From NCBI GenBank assembly GCA_045837725.1, contig JBEWZL010000227.1, forward strand, positions 248,001 through 312,000: 64,000 nucleotides of DNA, given 5' to 3'. Numbering within the stretch: position 1 is the stretch's first letter; each line of letters opens with the position of its first letter. Source of the DNA: Vermamoeba vermiformis (taxonomy: Eukaryota). Positions 1 through 12,900 of this stretch are shown piece by piece. The notes beneath the pieces were generated by a model that searched no databases, was not told the origin of the DNA, and saw only the letters and a program-made list of their open reading frames with translations. The position numbers were made by a program, and so were the translations under genes.

Positions 1-201
1 CCGTCAGATGGACCATCAAGTACCAACCCTGGCTCACCTTCAAGTACCAATCCAAACACGCCGTCCGGTTCTAACCCAAACAATCCGAACTCGCCTGGTA
101 CTTCCCGAGGACCTGACTCTGCATTGACATCTTCTGCTTCATTAAGTCAAATTTTGTTGGCCAAGTTCTTGTTACTGGTCGTCAGCTTTTTACTTGTTTA
201 A
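1..201 (+). CDS. 3' end of a Pro/Ser/Asn-rich surface protein with a GPI-like hydrophobic tail (partial)
   Basis: Frame 1 reads PSDGPSSTNPGSPSSTNPNTPSGSNPNNPNSPGTSRGPDSALTSSASLSQILLAKFLLLVVSFLLV* with TAA at 199-201. Confidence 0.7.
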   Translation, partial: PSDGPSSTNPGSPSSTNPNTPSGSNPNNPNSPGTSRGPDSALTSSASLSQILLAKFLLLVVSFLLV

Positions 202-281
202 ATTAACTTTCCAAGTATGCAACTTATTTATTCAAGTAAAAAATGTTACTAAAATATTTCTTTTTAAAATACAATTAAGAA

Positions 282-3281
282 CTAGTTCGCGATGAAAGAG
301 TACAAAATCGTCGCTGCAAAGATAATCAAGCTTTGCGGTCCGATAGTGTTTGAACCTGAAACGGCTATTGGGGTGTTGGACACAGGCGGGGCAGTAGGAC
401 TGGCGACTGGGCTGGCAGGAGGGCTGGGTGAAGAGTCATATCGATTGCCGCGCACTTCAACTCCTGTTGGCGTTGGTGTGATGTTTTTGATGTTCGTGTT
501 GGGATCGTAGCCTTGCAACAAGTCCTCGTCAACCTCCGTGCTGTTGCGCTTGTAATCTCCGACTGCTGATCTGTTAATGAAAATCAACGTCAGAACGATG
601 TCGCCAAAAAATGACATGTTGACACGTGTCACTTTAGAATTTTTTCGCGCTTGTATCTGAAAACGATCATAATGCTTCAAATCGGATCTTAGTCCGATTA
701 TGATTCCGGTTTGCATATGACGCGTGTCAAAATAATCAAATTATCTTACTGAACGGCTTCGGCAGGAGTTGGTTCTGAAGCTTCAGTTTCATCTAAAAAG
801 CTACTATTAAAACGGTACAAAAATGAAACGGCCCTGGATCTTGTACGTACTAGCCGGTGCAATGGTAACAATGACGTCATATCTATTGTAATTGGTGGCC
901 CGTTTTGCAGGAAGAGGGCCGGCAGTTTGAATCGCTTCAGTCGTCAATCGATCAACAGAAATGTTGTACCTGCATAATGATCCTTAGACACTTGTTGTTG
1001 AAGACCGGACATTGCTTACCTTCGCGCAAAGTTGTTCCCGAAGACGTTTCCGTTATCAAGGTAACCTGGTGTTATAACGTCCTCAACGAAGCCAAGAGCT
1101 AATGTGAGATTTTGTTAGTAAAAGATATCACACGTCTGTCCGCAAGTTTGACGTACATGTCGGGCACAAGACGGCAGTAATGTTCGTCAAATCGACGGTC
1201 AAGTTGTACGAGCCGAGGACCCAGTTGATTTGAGTTACAGTTGTAGGGATTGTCGTGACATAGGGCGAGAGAGGATACGTCAGAGTTGAACCAACGGCGA
1301 ACTGTTGAGGTCGGTCGGTCTTTTCATAAAAATAATGTGTTAGTACGGTCGTTAGCAACGTCTTCTGAAAGGTTCCGTGAAATTTCCGACAAAAGACTTA
1401 CAGCAAGGGTGCTAGGTGTAAACAAGTTTGCATTGCCATGTTGCAAGGTCTGAACAACACTATCTTCATTGATAAAGCTGAAGTGGAGATTGTAACCGTT
1501 GTTCGATGTTTCAACACAATCGAGCACAGGCACCACATTTGGCAAGCCGCAGGTACCTTGATATCCAGTCAAACCATACAAGCAGCGACAATTAGCACCA
1601 CAGTTGGCACCTCCGTCGCATTCCTCGTTTAGTTCGAGTTGACCGTTGCCACAGAACGTCAAAACTTGTTGCCAAATGTCACCTCTCAGAGGATTTTTGG
1701 CGACAACTAAAAGATCACCACCAAGCATTGGAACGAATCGCAAATAATGCAAATCGCTGGCAACTAGGTATACAACAGATTAATAAGAGTTAACGTGTAA
1801 TAATCGAAAGTCGTACTGGAGTACTGGATCGGGCTTGCAGAAAATGCCGTAAGTTCGCCATTGAAGCTATAAGTACCAGTGTGATCTGAATATGGTTAAA
1901 ATTTTAAGAGTTGAAATGAAATTTCATGTTTTACGTACAAGCCAAGTGAAAGGAGTTGTCGCTGATGTTGGCATAACGGTAGGCGATAAATGTGCTCACG
2001 TCATTCAAACCAACAATAGCAGGTGCTGAATAATTAGATCCGCTAACTGCAGAGAAAAGAACTCCCTCTTGGATAAGTCCCAAGTCCAAGGTAGTCGAGG
2101 CAACTGATCAAATCCGTCAGTTTGAGTTGAAGAAATAAACTTAACTCCAGCTAAATATACTCACAGGATATAGAATCTCCAAGACTGTAAAGCGTGGTAA
2201 GAATATTTCCAGTCAGAGCGATTGCTGGTTCCGCTGGATGCTGGACATTATCTGGCGTAAGAGCAATTGTTTTGAAGCTACTGAAGCTTGGAGTTGCTTG
2301 CACGAGATTGATATCAATACTAACGGATTCTATGGCCATATAAGAAGTCGTCCGAGCACGATCTCCGACAATGGCACCAGCAACCGACATCTAAAAAAGG
2401 AATTTCAGGTCGTGCAACAGAATAAACAACGATGAGCTTATGATTACCTCAGTTACATATGCACAAAACGACCACATATTAGAATCAGTGGAGTCATGAG
2501 CCACGGAAGCTACGCAGGAAGAAACGGAGCTGAAATAAAGAATGGCAAAGCTTTTGTCAGCGAAGCCCACTAATTCTACTCCATCCTGGTCATGATAAGT
2601 ACATTTGAGTCATGTTAAAGGTAATAAAATACGAAGTTTGAATTTAAAGGTCAAAAGATCTGCCCGATCGATACCTCGAGGAAGTTCAACATGGCGTAAT
2701 TCTGGTCGTCGGATGCAAGAAATGATGCAGCAGCAGGAGTACCATCCGCATTAAATCTTCTTGCCCAAATCGTTGGCTGAGAGTCCTGCCGGAAAACTAC
2801 CAAAAATCTGAAATTCGATAAATAATTATTTAATTGAGCAAAACTAAATCATGTGATTATCTTACGTATCGTCGTTGAAAACTACAACGTTGGGAGCTGA
2901 AAATATATAGGTGGTTGGCTGACTGGAATCCAGCTCGAATTCCGCTTTCGCTATTGAGCCGTCCGCGTTAAATATTTGACCAACAGCAAGCGATTCTGAG
3001 TTGGTTGTTGCAATAGTGTATACAATTATATAGCGACCATCGGAAAATGAAGCAGCTCGAGGTGGGGCATAAAACTTTCCCTCTGGAATTGCAGTCCCAT
3101 TGTTAACTTGCACCCAATCCCTCTTAATCGTTGGTTGGGAATAACCTATGTAATTATTGTTAGTAATTAAATACTTTTGATTACGTGCAACAGAATGCTA
3201 AGGATGTTTCATGAGATCTGCTGTTTGCCGCAACTTACCCAGGGCTACAAATAGAGCAATAACCAAGACTAGCTGCCTCAT
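282..3281 (-). CDS. Multi-exon secreted/GPI-type surface protein with a cysteine-rich CGNG..EECD repeat
   Basis: First exon is a signal peptide, MRQLVLVIALFVAL|gtaag. Later exons carry GQIFNADG/ARRFNADG repeats and CGNGQLELNEECDGGANCGANCRC (myxobacterial disulfide-repeat/DUF4215-like). Ends in a Pro/Ser stalk and hydrophobic C-terminus SLIIFAATILYSFIAN*. Confidence 0.75.
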
Positions 3282-3620
3282 ATTGTAATCGATTCGTATT
3301 TTAATAAAATATTCCGTAACGACTATAAATAAAGCGGTCCTGTCATAAGTTTGACAGCTTCGGAGTTAAATTTTGAAATTGCGATCAAACCCAAAAATAC
3401 TTGCAATAAATTCATGAACCCGAGACATAGATGAAGGAACATCACTAATTTTGTCGGGGGGGTAATTTTGGCTCGGTTTTTCTCTTCAGTGCCGTATGTT
3501 GCAATTGGAGACCACAATCTCCTGTCGTTTGAACGCGGATACGACTGGACTTATGACATGTTGACACGTGTCAAACGACGAAAAACGACCAACCGCGATT
3601 GACTAGGTAACCGTTACTAT

Positions 3621-5370
3621 TTATTTGAACCAAACTTTTTGGTAATTCTGATGTCTACCAGGGTATTGCCCTTTTGATGCCAAATATGGCATATGTAGTC
3701 CAAGCTGCGACCCGGTCAATCCCGTAGTTTGACGCGTCGTGAAATTCAGTTCAATCAAGTTTGTTAACTTCGTCAACGCAGATCCATCACTTTTTTTGCA
3801 AAAGACGCTGAGGTAAGTCAATCGGGTCATATGCAGCGAGATCAAGTCCAGTTTGGCAGATGAAATATGCGGCAGCGTAAGCTCTACTAGTCGTGTTAAC
3901 TGAATGACGTGGTTGACTTGCGTTTTAATTTTGTTTGTTGAGTGGAGGCTGGAAGGAATGTGCAATTTAACCAGATTCGTTAAAGCCGTTAACCAAGGCA
4001 AGGAAATCCTGTCACCTTCTTGGACTGTCAATTGCGTCAATCGTGTCAACTTAGCAATGCTGTCAATGACATTGCGTTTCGACGAGGCTAAACTTTCAAC
4101 GACCAGACTTTCCAAATTAGGCAACAGTAGGTAATTCAGAGGTACAACTGTCCAAATGGTGCGTACATTGGTTAGATTGCCTAAAAAGGAAATATCTTGC
4201 AAGTTAACGGCCTCAATCGAAGTCAAGTTTCCTGAAGGGAATTTTCCAATGCATCCAGTGAGGTTTAGTTCTTGCAGTGCGGTGCAATGTGACATATCCA
4301 AATTAGGAATAGAAGGGCCGAATCTGGGAAATTTCAGTTGTAGTTTTGTCAGGTGTTCACCGTTGAGCGGTAAGATTGCTGATATATTGTCACATTGTTC
4401 GGCAGACTGTAGTGTCAAACTTTCCAAATTTGGCAAGTCTTTCATGAACGATGCAAGTGGTTCTATGACATCTGGCGTGATCTGGCGGAGTGAAATGGCA
4501 CGTAATCTCGTCAGTGATCTCCAAGTCAAAATATCTTGCTGGTGGACACCGTGAAAGAGCAGTGTGTTGACTGACAGGTTCGTCAAGTTGATATTCCGCG
4601 AAATTTCATAAACATTCGCTGAAACAGCGCCGTTGATCTCCAAAGATTCCAAGTTGGTGGTCGATAATTGAATTGGAAACGGTACGGTCGAGTTGATATG
4701 CAAAACTTTCAATGCAGTCAATTTGTGCAAAGATATAATAGCTCCTATATTATACAGCACTAATTTTGTGAGGTTTGTGCAATGGTCAGTGCAATTTGTC
4801 ATTGAGGAGCCGAATTCGAGATCCAGTAATTGTGATGCTGATTTTGGGAGTGGTGCAATCCCACACCCAATACTTAGACGAGTTAAACAAGGTGGTAGAG
4901 CTGTTATTGAATCATCCGTGTATTGAAAAATTCGAGCGGATTCGAGGTGCGAATATTTTTGAAGTGGGAAATGCACGTTCTTATTGAGGTTATTTCCCTC
5001 AATATCTGATACATCAATCTCCGTTATGCTTTCTATCTTTGATAACTCTTCGTAGATTTTGTCCCAATCGGCCTGCATCATTGTGACCACTGGTATGTTT
5101 TTGAATCTGACACGATCTGCAGCTGAGGCTTTCAATATTCTAATTGTGCTACTTAATTTCTTAGGAGAAGGTGATTTTATGATATATGTACTTTTCTTGA
5201 GCATGCGAGCGATTGTTGAACAAGTTTCGCGACAGATGTGCCAAGTCGCCACATCCGTGAACGAAAAAATTTGTAGAATTGTTTCAAGAGGCAAAAATTC
5301 CTATAGATAATATTAATAAGCGAAAATAAATAAATATAATTCTAATTTAATTTCTAAAATGACTTACCAT
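3621..5370 (-). CDS. F-box + leucine-rich repeat protein
   Basis: ATG-only first exon (5368-5370, then gtaag). Exon 2 opens with EFLPLETILQIFSFTDVATWHICRETC (F-box-like), followed by many LTNLxxLxL repeats in the 557-aa ORF. Confidence 0.85.
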
Positions 5371-5531
5371 TACAGTTTTTTGTTTACAACGCTTTTGGCT
5401 TTGTTCCGATAATAAATTGATTAAAATGAATATTTAGCGGTTGTGTTCTTATTTAATGTTAAACGAGACAGAAAAAAAAAAGAAAGATTTTCGTGCTCGT
5501 GCAAAATCTACTCTTCCAAAAATAGATCTAT

Positions 5532-6877
5532 TTAAATGAAGCACAAAACCGTCATCACGCCATAAAGCAAGCCTGGCAAAATGGTGGTAGACTTTGAAAC
5601 AGACTGCGTAATGTTGGTCGAGGCGGCGATGAAGGCGTATTGGCCGTGCTTGGAGCTTCAGAGATGGTGGAGTGACATTCGACGAGTCATATCGATTGCC
5701 GCGCACTTCAACTCCTGTTGGCGTCGGTGTGATGTTTTTGATGGTCGAGTTGGGATCGTAGCCTTGCAACAAGTCCTCGTCAACCTCCGTGCTGTTGCGC
5801 TTGTAATCTTCAACGACGGATCTGTAAACGGAAATCAACGTCAGAACAATGTCGCTAAAAAATGACATGTTGACACGTGTCACTTGAATACTTGCTTTAC
5901 TGCGTCTGAAGATGTGGGCTCCTGTGCGGCCGTCGTTTCATCTAATAACTCATCAGACACGTACTCTTACATCAATAATAAACTTACTAGCAGGCGCAAC
6001 AGTGACCGTGATGTCGTATCTGTTGCGATAGATCACTCTCTTAACGGGTACAGATCCACCTGTCTGAACTACGTCTGCCGTCAAACGAGAAGCCGAGAGA
6101 TTGTACCTGTTTAATATAGGCTTTAGTAAATATCTTGGCTTGAAGACTAATCATTTAATGCTTAATTTAATCATGCAAACCTTCTAGCAAAATTGTCAGC
6201 CAGCACGTAACCGTCGGAAATGTACCCGATCGAAGTCACATCTGCGACGAACCCTGGGGCTTTTATCGTGATTAAAGCATTAGTACCAGCTCTTTAGTAT
6301 AATATTATGACTCACAAGTGGGACACAAGATGGCAGTGATGTTCGTCAAATCGACGGTCAAGTTGTACGAGCCCAGGACCCAGTTGAACTGCGTCACGGT
6401 GGTAGGTATTGTAGTAATATAGAGGGAGACAGGGTACGTCAAAGTTGAGCCAACAGGGAACGTTTGAGGTCGGTCAGTCTTGTCACGTGACGTGAGTTTA
6501 GGCGTGATGAAATTTTTCGAAAAATACTTACTGCGAGGTCACTAGGCGTGAAGTAGTTCTTGTAGCCATGCTCCACAATCTGGTCAATTCCGTCTTGATT
6601 GATAAAGCTGAAGTGGAGATTGTAACCGTTGTTCGATGTTTCAACACAATCGAGCACAGGTACTACATTCGGCAAGCCGCAGACTCCTTCGAAGCCAATC
6701 AGGCCATTCATGCACCGACAATTTGCGTCACAGTTGGTACCTCCGTCACATTCCTCGTTGAGTTCGAGTTGACCGTTGCCACAGATCCCGGATTGTGCAC
6801 GAGCCTCTGGATTGATTCTTAGTTGACTTACTTAGAGCAACTAAAAATGCTGCACTTAAGATTAATAATATGCGCAT
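5532..6877 (-). pseudogene. Shorter paralog of the 282-3281 surface protein, frameshifted
   Basis: Near-identical exons (CGNGQLELNEECDGG, GLPNVVPVLDCVETSNNGYNLHFSFIN, DYKRNSTEVDEDLLQGYDP) and its own signal exon MRILLILSAAFLVAL. The GPI-like tail STTILPGLLYGVMTVLCFI* is reached only through two frame changes near 5620-5665. Confidence 0.6.
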
Positions 6878-7089
6878 ATTGTGCTAACCTTTAAATAAAG
6901 TTGGATTAACTTACAATTAAATTGCAGAGCTAAAATTACGTACTTGTCAAGTCGTTGACACGTGTCAAATGTCAAATGTCAAATTGAATTGGAGCTTCGG
7001 TCTGCTTTTGACAGCTTTAAATATTAGAAGTACGTTCAATTTACTAACTATATATTTATTTAGATAAACTTACATTAATGTTAAACAGT

Positions 7090-8843
7090 TTAAAGGAGGT
7101 CTCTGATCAATCGGTATGTGTCCCGTACAGGTGACAGCTCAAACGTTACCAAATATGGTAATTGACTCTCGAGTATCTTAGCCAACCCTTTGAGTGCCTT
7201 TGGTGAGTTGAAATATACTTCGATCAAATTTGTCAATCTCGTTAAGGCAGATCCGTCTGCATCTTTGCTTCGTACAGACAGAAAAGTCAATCGCGTCAAA
7301 TTCAGTGAAATTGAATCGAGTTCGTGTGCCGTAATAAGACGCGGTAAAATCAGTTCTTCTAACTTTTGCAAACTTGTAATATGTTTGACGTGTCTTCGCG
7401 TTGATTTTTTGTAAGCAAAACGCGCGTTATTTAAAATGTGCAATTGAACGAGGTTCGTGAGCGATGCCAAATAAGGCAAGTCCATGCAATTGTCATCTAA
7501 TATAGTCAAACGTGTCAAACGTGTCAACACTGTGATAGTTCTAACCAGGTCAGCTTCCATAAGATACCGTGTCAGAAACAACTTTTCCAAATTAGGAAAG
7601 TCGTTGAAATTAATTTCGGCTGCAGTACGAAGTGATCGCACGTTGGTGAGACTTCCTAAAAAGGTAATTTTGTTTGTTTGGAACGCTTCTATTGACGTCA
7701 AGTTGTCTGCAGGTACTTTTGCGGTGCCAAGTGTTAAGAGTATATCACGTAGTGTGGTGTACCGTGACAGATCCAAATAAGGAATATTGTAAGCGTGAAG
7801 CTTTGTCAGGCGACTGCCATCGAGCGGTAAAATTGGTGAAGAGAAACCGTGAAGTGTTAAACTTTCTAAATTTGGTAAGCCGCTCATGAAAGTTTCGACA
7901 GCTTCCGAGTCTGGTGTTACGTCTCTTATAGTTAGTTCTCGTAATCTCGTTAATGAGCTCCAAGCTGATAGATCTGGGACGCCTTGCGTCCATTTGATAG
8001 AATTCATGCTTATTGTTAGCTTCGTCAATTTTGAATATTGCAAAACATTCTCTTGTTTGACATCGGCGTTCTCGATCTGCAAAGATTCCAAATTTGGCAT
8101 CGACGGTAGATGTACTAAATTGGGCATGCCAGTATTAGTGATTTGCAAATCTTTCAATGCTGTTAATCTTTGTAAATGAACCTCACGTCCAATATTCATT
8201 ATTAATCTTGTGAGATTTGTGCAATATTCGTCAAAGGATCCACCGTTGGCAGATCGATAAGACAAATTAAATTCTAGATCGAGCAACTGTGATGCAGACG
8301 GTTGGTGCAGCATATCAATATTAGCTTCGCTTAATTTGGTAAGATTAGGCGGCAGTGTCATTGCTGTGCTAATACTTGGGTAAAATCTAACGGATTCAAG
8401 TCTTGTAAACATTGCCAAAGGAAAAAGAATGTACGGCTGTCTTGGCAATCTATTGAACTTAGTTACATCTAATTCAGTGATGTTCTCCAACGTGGATAAT
8501 TCTTCATAAATTCTTCGAATATTTGCTGGCGTGGTTGTGGCTTTTGGTATTTTTGTAAATCTGACACTGAGCCGATCTGATTTTGAGCGCCTCAACGTTC
8601 TTACTATACTATCAAAATCCTTCATTTGCATTGATTTGATGACAGCTATGCGTTTCTTGAGCATGCGAGCGATTGTTGAACAAGTTTCGCGGCAGATGTG
8701 CCAAGTCGTCACATCCGTGAACGAAAAAATGTGCAGTATTATTTCAAGCGGTAAAACATCCTGCAGGAAATGTTAATATTTTAAACGAATAAATATTAAA
8801 TAAAAATTGTCTAATTATTTTCCAAACCAATTTAGCTTACCAT
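7090..8843 (-). CDS. F-box + leucine-rich repeat protein (paralog of 3621-5370)
   Basis: ATG-only exon at 8841-8843. Exon 2 opens DVLPLEIILHIFSFTDVTTWHICRETCSTIARMLKK, near-identical to the first copy, followed by LRRs. Confidence 0.85.
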
Positions 8844-9136
8844 TATATTCAATAAAGACACGATATATTATTTTGAGTAGGTACTAGCTACGCTATTAAT
8901 TACTGACAATCCGTTCTGAGACTTTTCGCGGATGGAGATCTAAATGCGTGAGTACCTCTACTGACACAATTAACCAATAAAATAACCAAACAAATATTTA
9001 TTATTGCGTAGTAAGCAATGACTTTTGCTGCTTATCGTGTTGATTTGTACAAAAGTAACCGTTGCAAAGTAATTTTATTTATAATTTCCTCCCAAGAATC
9101 GCAGCACATGAGGTGATATAATATACGACATTATAG

Positions 9137-9852
9137 ATGAAAAGAAATCGCTCTGATGCAGAGATTGACGAACCTTTCGAAGCGAAACGCCAAAAACAAG
9201 TAGATTCGGCATTAAACAGGTAAACTTCTTTTTCTATCGCTTCACTTATCGTTACTCTGCTTATATAACTGTAATTTATTATTTTCGATATTTTCCGAAT
9301 TAAATGAGTAATTTTGTTCAACCGTCGATCCTTTACTGAGCTTTATTTTGCACAGATACCACCACTACGTTAACAATTTCTTCAATTGTATGAAGAAAAG
9401 ATTTTTAAGCGGCAATTTAAAGAAAAAAGCGCAGCCTGAAATTGAATCGTAAGTACATCCAACATGGTTGTGGGCAATAAATAGTTCCGTTTGCTATTTA
9501 TTAGTTGAAAAACGCTATATTTTTTTGTCGTTTAATAGCCAAAGCGCTTCTCTAACTGAAACTTTTCTCATTAACAACCAGATCTGCTCTGCCGAACATT
9601 GATGAAATCTTCGCGGACATCATCTTCGAGCAAATCGACTACAAATCAATACCCAATGTTATGTTGGTTTGTTCAAAGTGGTACAACATAATCAAAAGCA
9701 AACCAGATCTCCAGTACAAAATCAAATATTTTACTACTTTTGGAGAGGAGGCTACTCCCAAAGAATTTGACGATAATACTAAATCTTGGAAAGAAAGATA
9801 CGAAAATAGAATTAATATGGATAGAAAGCACGCACAACAACAACGCACATGA
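9137..9852 (+). CDS. Small F-box protein (about 3 exons)
   Basis: Exon 1 MKRNRSDAEIDEPFEAKRQK. Last exon SALPNIDEIFADIIFEQIDYKSIPNVMLVCSKWYNII is F-box-like. GT-AG introns; start uncertain. Confidence 0.6.
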
Positions 9853-9968
9853 CCGGATGTGCTAACTTAAACCACTTGTATATTACTTAAAACTATTATA
9901 AATATCTTACTATTAGAATGGAACGCCTTATTAAAATAATTACTGTTTATTTAAAAATTTTAGTAAAT

Positions 9969-12900
9969 TTAATCGTCCGATTCCTCGTCCGAGTCGCCAT
10001 AGAATTGGAAGTTGCGCAAGTTTCTGAGTTCGATGTACTCGACAGCACTGTTCCAAGGACTATTATACAAACCAATTAGTCATCTGTGTACCGCGTAGTA
10101 AAGAAAATGTTGAGTACGTACTCGAAGTCTTGGGTTTTGTTTCTACGGCGGTTTCCGTAGTAGCTTCCTTCTTCGTACTCCCAAGCATCGTCATCAGCCT
10201 CAGCAGCCTTCTTGGCCTTATTAGCCAACTTGACCATGACTTCAGTGCCCTCTTGGACCTCCTCAACACGCACAATCTTGCGGGGGTACTTGGAGCTCAA
10301 CTCCAACAAGCGCGTGTAGATGTCAAGAGTCTGCTTGGCAGGCACGTGTTGGTCGCGGATCGTCTTCAACAACGCAGCCATGACGCCGTCAAGAGGTGTC
10401 AAACCAGAGTGGTTCTCTTTGTTCATGACTTGGGTCTTCATGCCAATGTGAACGGTGGCTTCCATCTTGTTGACGAGCTCATTGAAGATCTCCAAGTGTC
10501 CCTTCTTGGCAGACATGTGCAACGGGAAGTCACCAGAGCTGTCGGCAATGGTAGTGGTAGCCGAAGCCTCCAAGAGGATCTTAACGATCTCGACGAAGTT
10601 GTTGTGCGTAGCAATGCTCAATGGCGTAATCTTGAAGTGCTCGCTGACAGAGTCCTTGATTTGTTGATCACAAACTAGAAGTTACGTTAGCATGACACGT
10701 GTCAAAGATTCGCGTGTATAACTTACCCTTCAAGATGATGCCCAAGCATTGAGCGTTACCGCTAGCAGTGACAAAGTGAAGCGCGTTCCAACCTCTTTCT
10801 TTGTCCTTGATGGTGACATCAGCCTTAGCCGCCAACAGCAAAGTCAGACACTCCAAGTATCCGCTCTTTGCTGCCATGTGCAAAGCAGTTTCACCACGCT
10901 TGGTCTTGTTATTGACAATATCGAAGCTCTCCTTTGATGCCAACAAAGTTCTCAACGCCTTAGCGCTGTTTCTGCTTGCGGCATAGTGAATAGGAGTACG
11001 ATCCTCTTCGTCCACAATGACTGTAGTGAAGTAACGATCCTTGTTGAGCTTGACAATGTTGTTCTTCTTCAAGTACTCGTCCCAGATAGGCTCAGCCTCC
11101 CTGCAATGAAAAGGTAAGTTAAGATACGTCATCGTAAGTAGCAAAGTACGTACTTCAACAAGAACTCAATGGAAGCAGGTTGATTGAAGTAAGCGGCGTA
11201 GTGGATGGCAGAGACACGTGGGATCTTGGGTTTTTGAGCCTTAGGTTGCAACTCAAGAGCCCAGTTGACCTTCTTGCCACCGACGTTAAGACCGTGGTAG
11301 TAGTCATCGCTGGCCTTGACCTTTTGTTCTTCTTCCTTTTGCTTGAGCTCGGCCTCGACAGGATCGTACAAACCACCGTGTCTAAGAATGACCTTGGCAG
11401 CATCAATTTTGCCTTGAAAACTGTTAGACAAGGCTAATATAATAATGGAGAATACTTACCGTGGGCAATAGCCAATTCAAAAGCATTGAGGTTGCCGTTG
11501 TTGATCTTGGCACGCAAAAGAGATTCGATCAAAGGCACTTGGACTGCAGCTTCTTCTTTCTTGCCAACACGCTTGGGCTTCTTCTTGTGGTTCTCAGTCG
11601 TCAAGACCTTCTCGACAACGGTCTCAAGACCCTTAGCGTCCTCCAACAGGACAGCGGCTTGCAACAGGTTGTGGCCGTCATCGTTAGGTGCCTTCAACAA
11701 GGTAGCAGGCGACGTCGTGCAAATGAACTTCATCTTGGCGAGTTCATTGGGGTCGTATTGAGATACATCAATGCCGACCAAAGGATTGATAGGGAACTGA
11801 TTGACGAGATTGTAGTTGTTGAGTTGGTAGTTGGTGTTGACCAATGAAGGCTGGTTGCCCTTCTTAGGCTCGGGCAAAGGCGTGTATTGCTTCTTAGCGA
11901 TCTCGATCATCTCGGCAACGCAATCATAGTGCCCGCGCTGAAGAGCGATGTGCAGAGGCGATTGCCCGGTTTCAGTAAGCTTCGAGCAAATGTGCACTTG
12001 TTTAGGTCCATCGCGTTCAATCGTCAGCTTCTTGATGGTCTTAAGATCTCCTTCCCAAGCAGCAGTAAACAACTTGTGATAGTCGTCCTGAAGTTCATCG
12101 GGGTATTGGGTACCTCTCCAGCGGTAAGAATAGTGGAATGTGTCGGGGTCTTCAGTGAACTCGTTGCGTTCGGGGATTGAGTTGTAAGTCAACTCCACTT
12201 CGTTATTGGCTCCTCCAATCTTTTTGGCAGTTTTCTTGCCAAAGGCGAAAGCGCTCTTAACCGCCTTTTTGAAGGTACCTTGCTTGGTGGCGTCTTCTTT
12301 TGGTGGCAATTTGCCCTTAAGAAGATCTTCCGCTCTGCGAATTCTCGTGCTAGCACTAATCATATGCGTTAGCTAATCGATACGCTTCATCGTGAAAAAT
12401 TGTAAGACTTACGCGGCAGGCGGGTGTTGTTTGCGTTGGTCAAAAGCCCACTTGGCAGGGTGTTTAGCAGTGATCTTCATATCTTGCAACTCGTGCGCCT
12501 TGTAGCTTTGCAACACCTTGACGCAGGCAAGAAGATCTTTAAGATCTTTCTTCTGAGTCTCGATTTGTTCCTTGATTCTAGTGATCTCTTCGGCAGGCTT
12601 TGGCTTCTTGTTTTTATTGTGGGTTTTGAGGTAATCCTGTAGCAGATGTGATTAATTAAAACGTTTTCTGATAAATAATTGATAATAATTACCTTCTTCT
12701 GTTGCTCCATGACCCACTTGGTAAACGCGTCTTTAGCATTTTGGATTTTTTCGTCAAGATGCTCAGTGTCAACCACAGCTTCATCGTTGTTTTCCAGTCT
12801 GCGCATGTTCGCTTCAAGATTATGCGACATTCCATCGAGTCTACCGAGAATGATATCCAAAGGCGTGTTGTTGCCGTAAATGTAATCGTGATCGATCTTC

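Noticed and set aside
3904-8776. Numerous plus-strand ORFs of 60-130 aa
   Set aside because: Antisense shadows of the LRR genes with no independent motifs.
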